From: Octopus sinensis
Taxonomy: Eukaryota
Reading direction: 5' to 3'
NCBI RefSeq assembly: GCF_006345805.1
Contig: NC_043005.1
Span: 55,490,001-55,554,000, forward strand
DNA: 64,000 nt
Positions 28,889-41,186 of the stretch are shown here, piece by piece; positions within the stretch are counted from its first letter, which is position 1, and each line of letters opens with the position of its first letter. The notes beneath the pieces were generated by a model. That model was not told the origin of the DNA and ran no database searches. It worked only from the letters and a program-made list of their open reading frames with translations. The position numbers and the translations under genes were made by a program.

Positions 28889-28939
<51 letters not shown>

Positions 28940-28941
28940 TA

Positions 28942-28985
<44 letters not shown>

Positions 28986-29044
28986 TATATATAATATATA
29001 TATATATATATAATATATATATAATATATATATATATGTGTGTG

Positions 29045-29084
<40 letters not shown>

Positions 29085-29085
29085 A

Positions 29086-29653
29086 ATTAAGTTGTCCGGA
29101 AAGTTTGTGCCGATTTTTAAAGGAAAGAAAAAGGTCAATAAATACTCGCCATTACATTTTTAGTCAACCATATATGAACTATTTTGTTGCACAATGCGTC
29201 TCCATCCTTCCTTTAACTTGAAAATACCCTCTTACCAGAATTGAGGTGGTTTCATGGCAAAGAATTCATCAAGGTATCTTTTTACGTCATCCAAGGAATT
29301 GAAATTTTTACCATTAAGACTATTCTGCAGAGACCTGAATAAGTGGAAATCCGAAGGAGCAATATCTGGTGAATATGGAGGATGGGGTAACACATCCCAG
29401 CCGAGCTGCAGCAATTTTTGTCTGGTTCCCAAAGCATCAAGTGCCGAAAAGGAACTTTCTTATCTTCTATTTTAAAGGGTTACAGAATTAACACAGGTTA
29501 TAGGAACATAAACCTCCTTCCATGAAAAGATATCTTAAACTGTGCTCCAAATGGAGGTGTAGTCAAATCCTATTTTATGGACTCAACCATGTTCTAAAAT
29601 AAGTCAAAAGGTAAGCTACTATAAATCGGCATGAACTTTCTGGACAACCGTAA
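29086..29653 (-). mobile_element. Internally deleted mariner element
   Basis: TIRs gttgtccggaaagtttgtgccgattt / aaatcggcatgaactttctggacaac; transposase C-terminus LGWDVLPHPPYSPDIAPSDFHLFRSLQNSL. Confidence 0.9.
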
Positions 29654-29702
29654 AAAGTAAAAAATAAAGATAAATATACATATATATAAATATAGGAAAA
29701 AA

Positions 29703-29750
<48 letters not shown>

Positions 29751-32312
29751 CATACATATATAACATTCTTGAAAGGTGCTGCACAGTGGGACTGAACCTG
29801 AAACTATGTCAGTTGCAAAGTGAAATTTTATAACAAGTTTTCTTGTTTTCTTAAATTCATTCATTTTATTTTATCTGTATTTTGTTTTTCATTTTATTTT
29901 ATAAAATATATTCTTTATGATTCTTTTATCATTTATCATCAGGTGACCCATATATGTTGAAGTTCAACATGCTCAGGTTGGGGATTGAACACACAGACCA
30001 TTATTTCGTGAAGACTAATGGTAAGAAGGTATTGACATAACCACATTTAGAATTTATTTTTTATCTTGTGAGTTCAATCCTAGCTTCAGTACAAGTACAC
30101 ATACATAGCATCACACGAGAAAAGAAAGACTAATCCACTTAAAATTATTTGTATTGCTGTCCTAAAATAAAACACCCCACCAGCACCATTCAAAATTTGA
30201 GGTTAACAGTCCGGAAAAACATTTTCCATAAGTACCAATAATTCATCTCACAAATTTAGTTAGGCATATATAATAGTCAATAAATATTGCATATTATAAA
30301 TAAAAAAATAAAATACCACAAATAATATTATAAAACCAACTTCACCACACATTCTTCATAAGTTAACAGAAGTTAATGGGTTAACGTGATATATTATGCT
30401 TTAATCTACATCAAATCTCTTTTCCATTGACATTTTCATTCAGAATAACGCATTTAGGTCTAACAATTTTACTGTCTAATTCTAAGACTACATACACTTC
30501 CTCTCATAAATAACAGCTTCCAAAACAACACAAGAACATTATATTCCAATATTATTCTACAAACATTAAAAGAAATCTGAAATAGCAAACAGTTTCCTTT
30601 TGAAATAGACTGAAAATGATAACAACATACACATATATACAGATATGTGCCTCTGTGTATGTGTGTGTGTGTGTGTGTGTGTGCGTGTGCGTGCGTGTGT
30701 GTGTGTGTGTGTGAGTGTGTATGTGTGTAAAAAGAGAGAGATTGATAGATATTATTGCAGTATATGTATATATCATATATGATATATATATATATATAAT
30801 GTATGTACGTATGTATATATGTATGGGTATATATTTATGTAGGTATATATATATATATATATCTTATATATATATAATATATATATATATATATACATAT
30901 ATGTATTTAGGTATGTATGTTTGTGTATGTGTATGCAAGTGTGTATGTGTGTGTGTATTTGCATATATATATCTATATATATATATTGCAAACAGAGAAT
31001 ATTTTCAAATATTAAGACAAGATTATAGCTTTGTTTCATTAATTTTACAACGCACAAAATATCACATTTTCCTGGATAGAATTAAGAATGCAGGTAATAA
31101 ACAAGCTACCACGAATAACAGTGTCTATTATTTGCAAATAAACTTTATGATAATAACTGGAAAACCTTGACAATCTGTGCGGTTTCATACAGGAAAAAAT
31201 AGGCAACACATGTTTGAAATCAGAGAAAAGGATTCAGAGATGGATGGTTGAGTGGGGTGGTGAGACTGGGGGGAAGGGCAAATTTATACTCGTGTAAACC
31301 GAAAGCAATAAAACAATGGAGGGAAATATTTGCCACATTTCTCTTTATAAAACCCACAATGGTATTATATTGATTATGGTTATCAAAAAAAAAAAATAAT
31401 AATAATAATAATAATAATAGTAATAATAATAATAAATAAAATAAGAAAAACATCTAATTCATCAATTGTATGATATATCTTTATGCTTTATCTTCGATTT
31501 TCAACAAATATAGCAATATGTAAACAGAGATTATTAATGGAGATTGTAGATCAAAACAACTTTCTTTTTCTTTTTCTTTTTGTTGTTGTAGGTTTTCAGG
31601 TTATTTTTTTGTTTATTTTTTTTTCTGCAAGAAAATAATATAAATAATATTGCAGAAAAAAAAAAAGTGTAGCAACAAAGTGTTGTAAAATATTTGTGGA
31701 AATTGTAGTTCAGTGCAGACAAAAGGAGTTTAAAAGCTATGAGTGATATGTATAAAACAGAATGAGAAAACTTCAACGAGTAAAATGAATTTAGGGGTTG
31801 TTTTGATACTATAAGTGTCAGCAATGTTACATATATATATTTTTGTTCATGTGTGTGTGTGTGTGCATCAACAATGTTATAGATATATGAACTAGATTCA
31901 TAAACTACACCTTAACTGGTTTAGCGGAATGATGACAGAAAAGTGTTAGTGTTATACGAAAGATTAGAGACTACAGATTAAATAGGATTAAATAGAAGAT
32001 GCGAATAATAACTCCCCCTTCTCCCCCACTGCCCCCACATGCACGCACACACACACACACATACACACACACAATAAAAAAAATCTAGAATGGGTTTGCA
32101 TCTGCAAAAACAAAATATTTAGTGATGGTTAGGTCAAATAAAATGGAAGACTAGAAATGGTATGGTTGATTGAAAGAGGAGAGAGAGATGGGCTAGCAAT
32201 GTTATGGTTGAATGGAAGACAAGATATTGTATGGCTGAATGCAAGATTGTTGCTGCTATATTTACATGAAAGATTAAAGGTGATATAGTTAAATGTGACT
32301 GTTGTGGTTGAG

Positions 32313-32349
<37 letters not shown>

Positions 32350-32466
32350 TGTACACATACATATATATGTGCATACATACACACATATATGTATATATAT
32401 GTATGTGTAGATATATATATGTGTGTGTGTCTATATATACAAACACACACACACACACACACACAC

Positions 32467-32508
<42 letters not shown>

Positions 32509-33481
32509 ATATATTGTTTGTAAATTTTGGCACAAGGTCAGTAATTTGAGGGAAAAGGTAAGTTAATTACATTGACCCCAATGGTCAACTGGTACTTATT
32601 TTATCAGCCCTGAAGCTTTCAGTTTCCTCATTCTAACAAAGAATTATTTCATGTTCTCTTGAAGTATTTATCGTTTACTTTTTCAGTCATTAGACTGTGG
32701 CCATATTGGGGCACTGCCGTGACAAATTTTTTGTTGAATGTCTTCAAACCAAGTACTTACTTTTTATAAGCTTAGTACTTACTGTATTGGCCACTTTCAC
32801 AGAACCACAAAGTTATGGGGGATATAAACACACTAACATCGGTTGTCAAGTGGTGATAGGAGACAAACACAATGGCACACGCACACGCATAAATACATAT
32901 ATATATGACAGGTTTCTTTTGGTCAACCCAAAGCTATAGAAGAAGACACCTGCCCTAAGTGCCATGCAGTGAGACTGAATATGGAACCATAAGAATTCTT
33001 ATGATGTCAACAACATACATTTCTCACTGGAATGAATGAAGTTTCTGAAATGGAGAGAAAAATTCAAAGGACTGTTTTGCATCATGGTATAATGTCTACA
33101 GGAGACGAGGGTCCAAGTGCAAAGGGCAGTCTTTACTTTTTATAACCAAAAGGGTTTCTCAAACCAATATTCACATACTTCAAGAATCAGTTTGAAGTAG
33201 AATTATTCCGTGTTTTCTTGAAAGTTCATAAATTCTTATGACATCGACAAACATACTGTTCACCACAGTAAGAAATAAAGTTTCTAAAATGGATTAGATA
33301 GAGAAATTCAAAGGATTGCTTAGGTCCAATGGTAAAACAGCTCCCATGTTTACAGATGTGGGTTTGTGTCCTATGGGCAGCCATCACCTCATATATATCT
33401 GAGACAAGTTTGAAAAGCTTTGTACAGTTTCTGTCTACCAAATTCACTCACAAATTATTAAATACTAAGAGGTTATAGAAT

Positions 33482-33776
33482 AGTTAGTTTGTTCCTTCTC
33501 GAGTCATGCTTGGCTCATAAGGGCCAGTTTCCCGATTTCCTTGGTGTATAGGTTCCCCACCTTGACAGGACGCCAGTCTGTCAAAGGTGAGCTGCAAGAG
33601 GCAGGAGGAAAGTTGTGGTGAAAGAGTCAGCAGAAGTTTGCCATTACCTTCTGCCAGAGACGTGTGGAGCTTAGGTGTTTTGCTCATAAACACACACATC
33701 GCCCAGTCTGAGATTTGAACCTGTGATCCCTTGACCACGATTCCACTGCTCTAACCACTAGACCATGCGCCTCCAC
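33482..33776 (-). mobile_element. tRNA-derived SINE family E inserted into a decayed family A SINE
   Basis: Minus head tgtggaggcgcatggtctagtggttag...ggttcaaatct; TSD aagaggttata at 33467-33477 and 33777-33787. Confidence 0.8.
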
Positions 33777-33918
33777 AAGAGGTTATAAGAATATACTTGC
33801 CTAAGATTTAATACAGCAGGATTAAACTCAAAGCCACATTATTGCAAATTGAGCTTCTTACCTTGTAAGTCACACCTGTATCTTATCTAGATAAGGTAAA
33901 TACTTGCCATGATTTGTA

Positions 33919-35209
33919 CGAGGGGCGTTCAATAAGTAATGCCCCTGGCCCACTTGCAGTTATTTGATCTAGCTGAAATTTTGCATGTGCAATTATTTAT
34001 ATCTCTATAGATTAAGTGGCAAATTACAGCTCTAAACTAATTGTGGTTTCTGATTTACAGGTGTTTGAACTGAGTCAAGTGTGAAATGGAGCCTGTTGAG
34101 TGTCGAGCAGTGATCCGGTTTTTGTATTTGAGAGGACACACACCACAGGAGACTTTTGGTGAAATGAAAGTAACTTATGGTGATGATGCCCCATCATATG
34201 ACCTTGTAAAACGCTGGCATCGTGAATTCAAACATGGTCGGAACTCTGTGGAAACAGCTCCCAGATTTGGTCGCCCCCTTCTGCCATTGATGAGGCATCT
34301 GTCCGTCAAGTTGAGGCTGCCATTTCGGAAGATCGACGCATAACTATTCGCCAAATAGCCCATGAGGTCAAGATTAGTACTGGGTCTGTGGAAACTATCA
34401 TTCATGACCATTTGCATATGCAAAAGGTGTCTGCCAGATGGATTCCCAGGCTGCTCACATCTTTCCAGAAGCAAGAACGCGTTGATTGCTCGAGGATGAA
34501 TTTGGAGATGTGCCAAGAATATGAGTCAAAATTTTTCAAAAGACTGATTAGACAGGATGAAACCTGGGTCCATCACTATGATCCAGAGACCAAAGCCCAG
34601 TCAATGCAGTGGACACACCGTGACTCACCTCCTCCAAAGAAAGCAAGGGTGCAGCCTGCTGCTGGCAAGGTCATGCTCACAGTCTTCTAGGACCAGGACG
34701 GAGTAGTGATGACAGATTTCCTGGCAAAGGGTGCCACAATTACAGGAGTCTATTATGCTTCACTTTTGAGGAAATTAAGAGAAGCTATCAAAATCAAGAG
34801 GCGGGGCAAGATCAACAAAGGCATCCTCCTCTTGCAGGACAATGCTCCGGTTCATAACTCGCGTGTTGCCAGATCAGAAGCACAGGCATGCGGCTATGAA
34901 CTCCTCCCCCATCCCCCTACTTTCCTGACCTTGCACCCTCTGATTTTCACCTCTTCCCAGCCATGAAGTTGTTTTTGAAAGGAAAGCGTTTCCCAGATGA
35001 TGCAGCCTTGATTTCTGAAGTTACATCGTGGTTGGAGGACCAAGCTGGGGTCTTCTACAAAAACGGTCTTCAGAGCTGCATCAAACGATGGGAGAAATGC
35101 GTAACTCTGGGTGGTTCCTATGTAGAAAAATACTAATAACTGTGCCAAGTTTCGTTGCTCTACTACTATGGGAAGTGGGTCAGAGGCATTACTTATTGAA
35201 CACCCCTCG
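33919..35209 (+). mobile_element. Full-length mariner (Tc1/mariner, probably irritans-like), ~1.29 kb
   Basis: TA|cgaggggcgttcaataagtaatgcc... and ...ggcattacttattgaacacccctcg|TA terminal inverted repeats. Confidence 0.95.
34086..35138 (+). pseudogene. Mariner transposase pseudogene
   Basis: HTH N-terminus, WIPRLL, DETWVHHY, LLQDNAPVH and PDLAPSDF motifs; in-frame TAG at 34688 and frameshifts near 34275 and 34920. Confidence 0.92.
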
Positions 35210-35526
35210 TAGTAATACTTAAATATTATAAGTACAGGTTAGTAATGATAATTCTTTATCTGAAACCTAGTTCTTCTATTGATCTCTTTTACTAAACCAT
35301 GAATTTATAGGAATATAAACAAACCAACACCAGTCATTGAGTGGTAGTGGGGCAAACACATGCAACAGAGACACACCACACACTGATACATATACAAGTA
35401 TGCATGTAGCTGTGTGGTGAGAAGCTTGCTTCCCAACCACATCGTTCTGGATTCAGTCCCACCCTGTGGCACCTTGGGCAAGTATTTTCTACTATAATTT
35501 CAGGCCAACCAAAGTCTTGTGAGTGG

Positions 35527-35713
35527 GTGCTGGAACAAAAACAATTGCAACGTGGAAGGTGTTTATAAGCACAGAATTTTGTCTGTGAACAGGTCGCAGT
35601 CTCAAAGCGACGAAAATATTTTGGCAAATTAATTTTGATTGTTGAAGTGAATCTAATGGTTTTTGTATGTTTCTTAAATGGCTTATAAACACCTTCCACA
35701 CTGCAATTGTTTA
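35527..35713. mobile_element. Short HHR-bearing repeat (family of 48242-48447) in inverted arrangement
   Basis: ~32-bp inverted arms at about 35539-35570 and 35681-35712; shares sequence with 48242-48447 and 52186-52260. Confidence 0.75.
35578..35628 (+). ncRNA. Hammerhead-like motif with G3-C8 core
   Basis: UUUGUCU-GUGAACA-G-GUCGC-loop-GCGAC-GAAA-AUAUUU-UGGCAAA. Confidence 0.55.
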
Positions 35714-35764
35714 TATATATAGCATCATCATCATCATCATCATATATATAAACAATTGCAGCAT

Positions 35765-35978
35765 GTCATTTTAATGATCTGTCATTTTAATGAATTTTGA
35801 TTACCTTTTTCTGATGATATCTCAAAAGAAACAGCAATTTTAGCAAAACATATTAAGCAACACTTATAATGAATCAAAAAACATAAAAATAAACAAGCTT
35901 TTGGTGGTTTTATAGATATTTCAAGATTATGATAGTATGATGCTAGGTATTTCCATTACTTTGTCCAACCCCTGTATA
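35765..35978. mobile_element. Tc1-like DNA transposon end
   Basis: Terminus ...tccattactttgtccaacccctg|ta (reverse complement TA|CAGGGGTTGGACAAAG); left boundary approximate. Confidence 0.5.
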
Positions 35979-36007
35979 AATACATATATATGTATACATA
36001 TATATAC

Positions 36008-36042
<35 letters not shown>

Positions 36043-36045
<3 letters not shown>

Positions 36046-36879
36046 TTGGCATATTAGTCTGTTCTAGGATGACTCCGTTTGGTACTCGGTCCTTCCAGGA
36101 GATGCCAAGGATCCGTCGAAGACACCGCATGTGGAAGCCGCTGAGGCGGCATTCTTGCCGGGTGTATGTTGTCCAGCTCTCGCTGCCGTAGAGTAGGGTG
36201 CTCAGCACGCAGGCTCGGTACACTGCGATCTTGGTGGTTATTGTGAGCATGTTGTTTTCCCACACTCTCCTGGAGAGCTTAGCCATGGCAGCAGCAGCCT
36301 TCCCAATCCGTCTGTTCAGCTCCGGCTCAAGGGACAGGCTGCTGGAGACCGTCGATCCCAGGTAAGTGAACTCGTTCACCACCTGCAAGCTGTGGTCGCC
36401 GACACTGATGCTGGGGACCCCTCCGACGTCCTGGCCCATGATCTCTGTCTTTTTCAGGCCGATGGTAAGGCCGAACTAAAGACATCCTGTACAGCGAACT
36501 CACCATGGGATCCCGACCCAAGGGATGTCCACAGCTACGATACAGGGATGTGTGCAAGTGCGACCTGAGGACTGCCAACATCTGTGTGGACACGTGGGAG
36601 GTAACAGCTGCTGACCGCTCTGCCTGGCGTCAGACAGTGAGGAAAGGCGTTTCCATGGCTGAGGAAAGGAGAGCACAGCTGTGGTCGGACAGGCGGGACA
36701 GGAGGAGGACAACTGCAGCAACACCCCACACGTACCCATCGATGTTCGTGTGCAGCAACTGTACCAGGGACTGCCACTCTAGAATTGCACTGTTCAGTCA
36801 CAGCAGACGCTGCTCATCATCAAAGTAGGCCCCACCCTTGGCGCGACCCATTGTCTATCAAGACAGACGGGAGAAGAGA

Positions 36880-36882
<3 letters not shown>
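36043..36882. mobile_element. RTE LINE 3' part with 5' inversion (minus 36043-36478, plus 36479-36882)
   Basis: Minus: FTYLGS...RRIGKA...YRACVLSTLLYGSESW...CLRRILGISWKDRV. Plus: KDILYSEL..GSRPKG...CSNCTRDCHSRIALFSHSRRC* followed by a short 3' UTR and gaagagaaga tail. Confidence 0.92.
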
Positions 36883-36936
<54 letters not shown>

Positions 36937-37007
36937 TAAGAGAGGGACATACATATATCTATATATATTTATATCTATCTATCTGTTTATCTCTCTCTCT
37001 CTATCTA

Positions 37008-37048
<41 letters not shown>

Positions 37049-37120
37049 ATCTATCTCTCTATCTATCTATCTATATATATATATATATACTTTATTTTAA
37101 GCAGCAGAAAATTCAACAAA

Positions 37121-37405
37121 ATCTGTTACTCTGAGTTTCTCGTTGCCGTTCATCAGACAGTTTTTGCTAGAATGGAACTTATATATTAATTCAATCTATA
37201 CTCTTACAAACGCTACACCTTTAAAAAGAGTATTTGAGTACTCTTTTTTCCACCTTGTTTCACATTTATGTGTTTACTCCGGTATATATATATATATATT
37301 ATTAATAGAGGTGCGAGGACATCACAAAAACTGTCACTCAGAGTTTCCCTCTCCTGTTCATCAAACTGTCTGACAAATGGAAATGTGAAACTCTGAGTAA
37401 CAATT
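37121..37405. ncRNA. Cluster of three related minimal hammerhead motifs
   Basis: Minus 37121-37162 CUGU-CUGAUGA-ACGGCAACGA-GAAA-CUCAGAGUA-ACAG; minus 37329-37363 (degenerate); plus 37364-37405 CUGU-CUGACAA-AUGGAAAUGU-GAAA-CUCUGAGUA-ACAA. Confidence 0.65.
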
Positions 37406-37539
37406 TTTATGATGTCTTTGTAGCTTTATTAATAAAACATATTACTCTACCTCTGGTATTTTCCCCCCATGTTTGATTTATGTTTGATATGTGCTTACTC
37501 TGATCTCTCTCTCTATATATATATATACATATATATCTT

Positions 37540-37950
37540 GCAGAATAACTACTTCGTCTTCAAAGACAGCTACTATTGACAAAAATCGGTGACTGCGATG
37601 GGTACGAGAATGGCCCCCTCCTTTGATAACCTAGTCGTGGGATATCTAGAAATTAGTCTTTATCGTAAGGTACTAGAAAAATACGGCTACCCATTCTCCC
37701 TCTACATAGGAAATAACTAGAAGAGATACCTGGATGACTGTTTCATTCTTTGGCATGAAAGTATAGAGAGACTTAAAGAATTTCAAGTACTTATAAATGG
37801 ACTTGATGTAAACATTCAATTAACGATGGAATATATCCATCAACAACTTCCCTCTCTTGACATCCTCATTAAGAAATCTAACAATATAATAGAAACAGAT
37901 ATATATACCATTCAACTCATGCCACCCCAGACCCACCAGAATGAATATCG
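37540..37950 (+). pseudogene. Penelope-like RT fragment
   Basis: NNYFVFKDSYY*QKSVTAMGTRMAPSFDNLVVGYLE...KRYLDDCFILW...LDILI...ETDIY...FNSCHP. Confidence 0.88.
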
Positions 37951-37954
37951 AAAA

Positions 37955-38398
37955 GGTTAGCCACATTTAAATGACAAATATACTTCACAATATCGTGCAA
38001 CTACTGTTTATACCTCGCTCAGAGATTTATTATTGCTTCTTTACTCTTTTTTTTTTTTTTGATATCAGTGACATTTCGTCACTGGAAAAAGGATATATAT
38101 TTGCAAAGGGAGCCCACTTTTCATCGGCAATCGGTGATTGTAACACGCTGATGACAGGTCAATACTCAGAAACTTGAGTCAGTGTGTATCATGTCAGATT
38201 GAAGATGGGAAGGATGGCTTCCCTTTGAAAATACCCATAGGGCACAGAAAGTGTGTCAATAGCCAGCTGGAGGAGGTGTCCTCCTGTGGCTATATGCTAC
38301 AGTAGCATCCACCCTTAAGGGTTAACCACATTTAAGTGGCAAATATACTTCACAATGTTGTGCAGCTACTGTTTATACCTCGCTCAGAGGTTTATTAT
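37955..38398 (+). mobile_element. PLE pLTR partial tandem (365-bp period) with decayed hammerhead at 38143-38185
   Basis: Direct repeats 37955-38033 / 38320-38398; ACACG-CUGAUGA-CAGGUCAAUACUCA-GAAA-CUUGAGUC-AGUGU. Confidence 0.7.
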
Positions 38399-38749
38399 AT
38401 ATATATATATAAATTCAAATTAAGCAGAAAATGGAGAAATCTTGATCAACAACAAATTGACTACCATCGACTATTTTTTCATACAAAACTTTATCCCATC
38501 TAACAGCTGTTTCTGCTTCCATTGTCCTGTAGTGTTGCCAGTTGCCAAAGAAAATTCTGGCTGGAAGGATTACACTGCAAAATGGTATGGTTCAAATATA
38601 TTAAGTCTTCATTCCTCCTCCTGAGGCTGTATTTCTTTTCTTTTTTTTATTTTATATATTTTTTTCTCTCTGATGAAGTTTCATGTTCCAGATGGGATGT
38701 GTTACAAAATATGACGAATATTATTCACAAAGCCAGAAGATTCATTTCT

Positions 38750-38930
38750 TGTGGGCAAGGGGAGTCGATTATATCAACCCCAGCATTCAGCTGGTACTTA
38801 TTTTATTGACTCTAAATAATGGAAGGCAAAGTCGACCTCAGTGGAATTTGAGCTCAGAATGTAAAAACAGATGAAATACTGCTAAGCATTTTGCCAGCAT
38901 GCTGACGATTCTGCTAGCTTGCCATCTTAC
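38750..38930 (-). mobile_element. SINE family C
   Basis: Reverse complement similarity to 8345-8562. Confidence 0.75.
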
Positions 38931-39119
38931 ATTGCCAAGAAATATCACACCACCTTCCATAAGTTTCCACTTGTGGTGCCTCTCTCACTAGTAAAACTTT
39001 AGAGTTTGGAGATCTTTGGATTTCAATATTTCTGATAAAGGATTATAATCCTTTAGATAATTATCAATCTATCCACCACAAGGTTCAGTCTTTGTCATAG
39101 TGTTGCAGCTTGCATGCTT

Positions 39120-39260
39120 CAGTGATCCTGCAAGCAATGCCAGTGGAGTTCAAGCTCCTGGAAGGGCTTCTCTTTCTGGACAGGTCAAAGGACTAATAAA
39201 GACTATCACTTCCCAGAGTTAAAAATGGGTCTGTGTAGGGCAAACAACCTCACAGAGAGA
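39120..39260 (+). mobile_element. Possible decayed LINE (RTE-like) 5' UTR fragment
   Basis: tgatcc..gcaatgccagtggag...ggacaggtcaaagg...gtagggcaaacaacc resembles LINE 5' UTRs from memory only. Confidence 0.3.
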
Positions 39261-39512
39261 AAAAAAATAAAAGCAATGTGACAGAAGCATAGATAACAAT
39301 TCCAAACCATCATTGATTGATATTGTCAAAAATTATGAATCAACAACAGAGCCTCAGTGCACTTAGAAATAGCAGCCACATCTTCCTCAAATTTTATTTT
39401 AAAAGAATGGTGGGGTAATCTTTGATACATTGCATTGCAGATATTAAAAAAGTAGGGGAATTGTGACAGGTGTAATGCCACCTTCACCAACATCACTGCC
39501 ACTGCCATCATC

Positions 39513-39543
<31 letters not shown>

Positions 39544-40230
39544 GCAGCACCGGCAACAACACCAATGCCATGATCAACAACCATTACTACTACCATCATC
39601 ATCATGATCATCAGCACCACCTTTAATACTACCACAGGCATCACAATCTACGGTCTGTGAGGCTGTCCCACATCTTCATATTCAATGATAACAAAAAATT
39701 CTTCAATATTGATAACTAAAAAAGAAAAAAATAGATACTTTATATTGATCTAAATTGTGTTTAGGACAGTTAAAATATCAATTGATTATTGTCAGGACTA
39801 TCTAGAATGTTCCAGCACTTGGCCATAACAACAACAATTTTATATGTGTATGCCTGTGAGTTTTTATATATATGAGTCTGCGTATGAATGTATGTACACT
39901 TGTATGTATGAATCTGTGCCTGCGTATCTATTTGTGTGAATATATGTATGGATGCAAGTGTGTGTGAATGTCTGCGCAAGCATTACTATGTATTTGTCTA
40001 TGTATATATACATATATATGACTTTATGTTTTTTTTTATCTTTTAGAGTTCTTCCTAGAAGAAAGAAGCTGTTTTTTAACAAAGGGAAAAAAGCTCCTTT
40101 GCTAAAAGTCTTGCATATATTTACCATTCCATTTACAGATTGTAATTTGTAAAAGACATATTTGGCACTCTCTTTGTTTATTCCTGAATCTTAACTTTCC
40201 CAGACTTCCACTTAGACATTTACTACATAT

Positions 40231-40723
40231 TGTATTGTGACCCCTTTCGGTCATGGATGACCATGGGATTGCACCTAGAAAGTTACCTTCAGAGGCACAA
40301 GTCTGGGCAAGGTTGTTTATGGAAGACCAGCAGTCGCCCATGCATACCAGCCTCCCCTCTCCACGCCACCGATGTTATCCAAGGGAAAGGCACCAGTGAT
40401 GTCACAGCTCATTTATTAATGTGCAAGCGGCTGAGCACTCCACAGACACATGTACCCTTAACATAGTTCTCGGGGAGATTCAGTATGACACAGAGTGTGA
40501 CAAGGCTGGCTCTTTGAAATACAGGTACAACAGAAACAGGAAAAAAGAGAAGAGGAAGTCATGGTGAAAGAGTACCACAGATTCACCACCACTCCCTACC
40601 GGAGCCTCGTGGAACTTTAGGTGTTTTTGCTCAATAAACACTCACAATGCCCAGTCTGGGAATCAAAACCATGATCCTACGACTGCGAGTCCACTGCCCT
40701 AACCACTGGGCCATTGCGCCTCC
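40231..40723 (-). mobile_element. Chimeric SINE (family E head + family D 3' half)
   Basis: Single 15-bp TSD acatttactacatat at 40216-40230 and 40724-40738. Confidence 0.8.
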
Positions 40724-41054
40724 ACATTTACTACATATACCAATAATTATTTATATAAATGTGAATTTATAATCAGGGTAAAGTAACACCAGGTTTCAAA
40801 GCTGTTGTCCATTAATATTCTCCTTCTTACTGAATTTGGAAGAGATGTTTACATCTGCAAGGCAGTGAACCACTGTAACAGAGAAAGAGTGATGCGGTGC
40901 CTGGATTGATCCTCAATGTATGGGGTGAGTGGAGGTTAGCAGCGACAGAAAAGAACAGGCGTGTGAGTTTGTAAAGATTGAGAAAGAGTACTGGAGATTG
41001 TGTATGTATGTAGATATGCATATGTGCATATATATATATATATGCACATATGCA

Positions 41055-41097
<43 letters not shown>

Positions 41098-41136
41098 TAT
41101 ATATATATGCACATATGCATATCTACATACCTACAC

Positions 41137-41184
<48 letters not shown>

Positions 41185-41186
41185 CA

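Noticed and set aside
35808-35845. CUGAUGA-UAUCUCAAAA-GAAA
   Set aside because: No stem II or stem I pairing; it lies inside a Tc1-like fragment.
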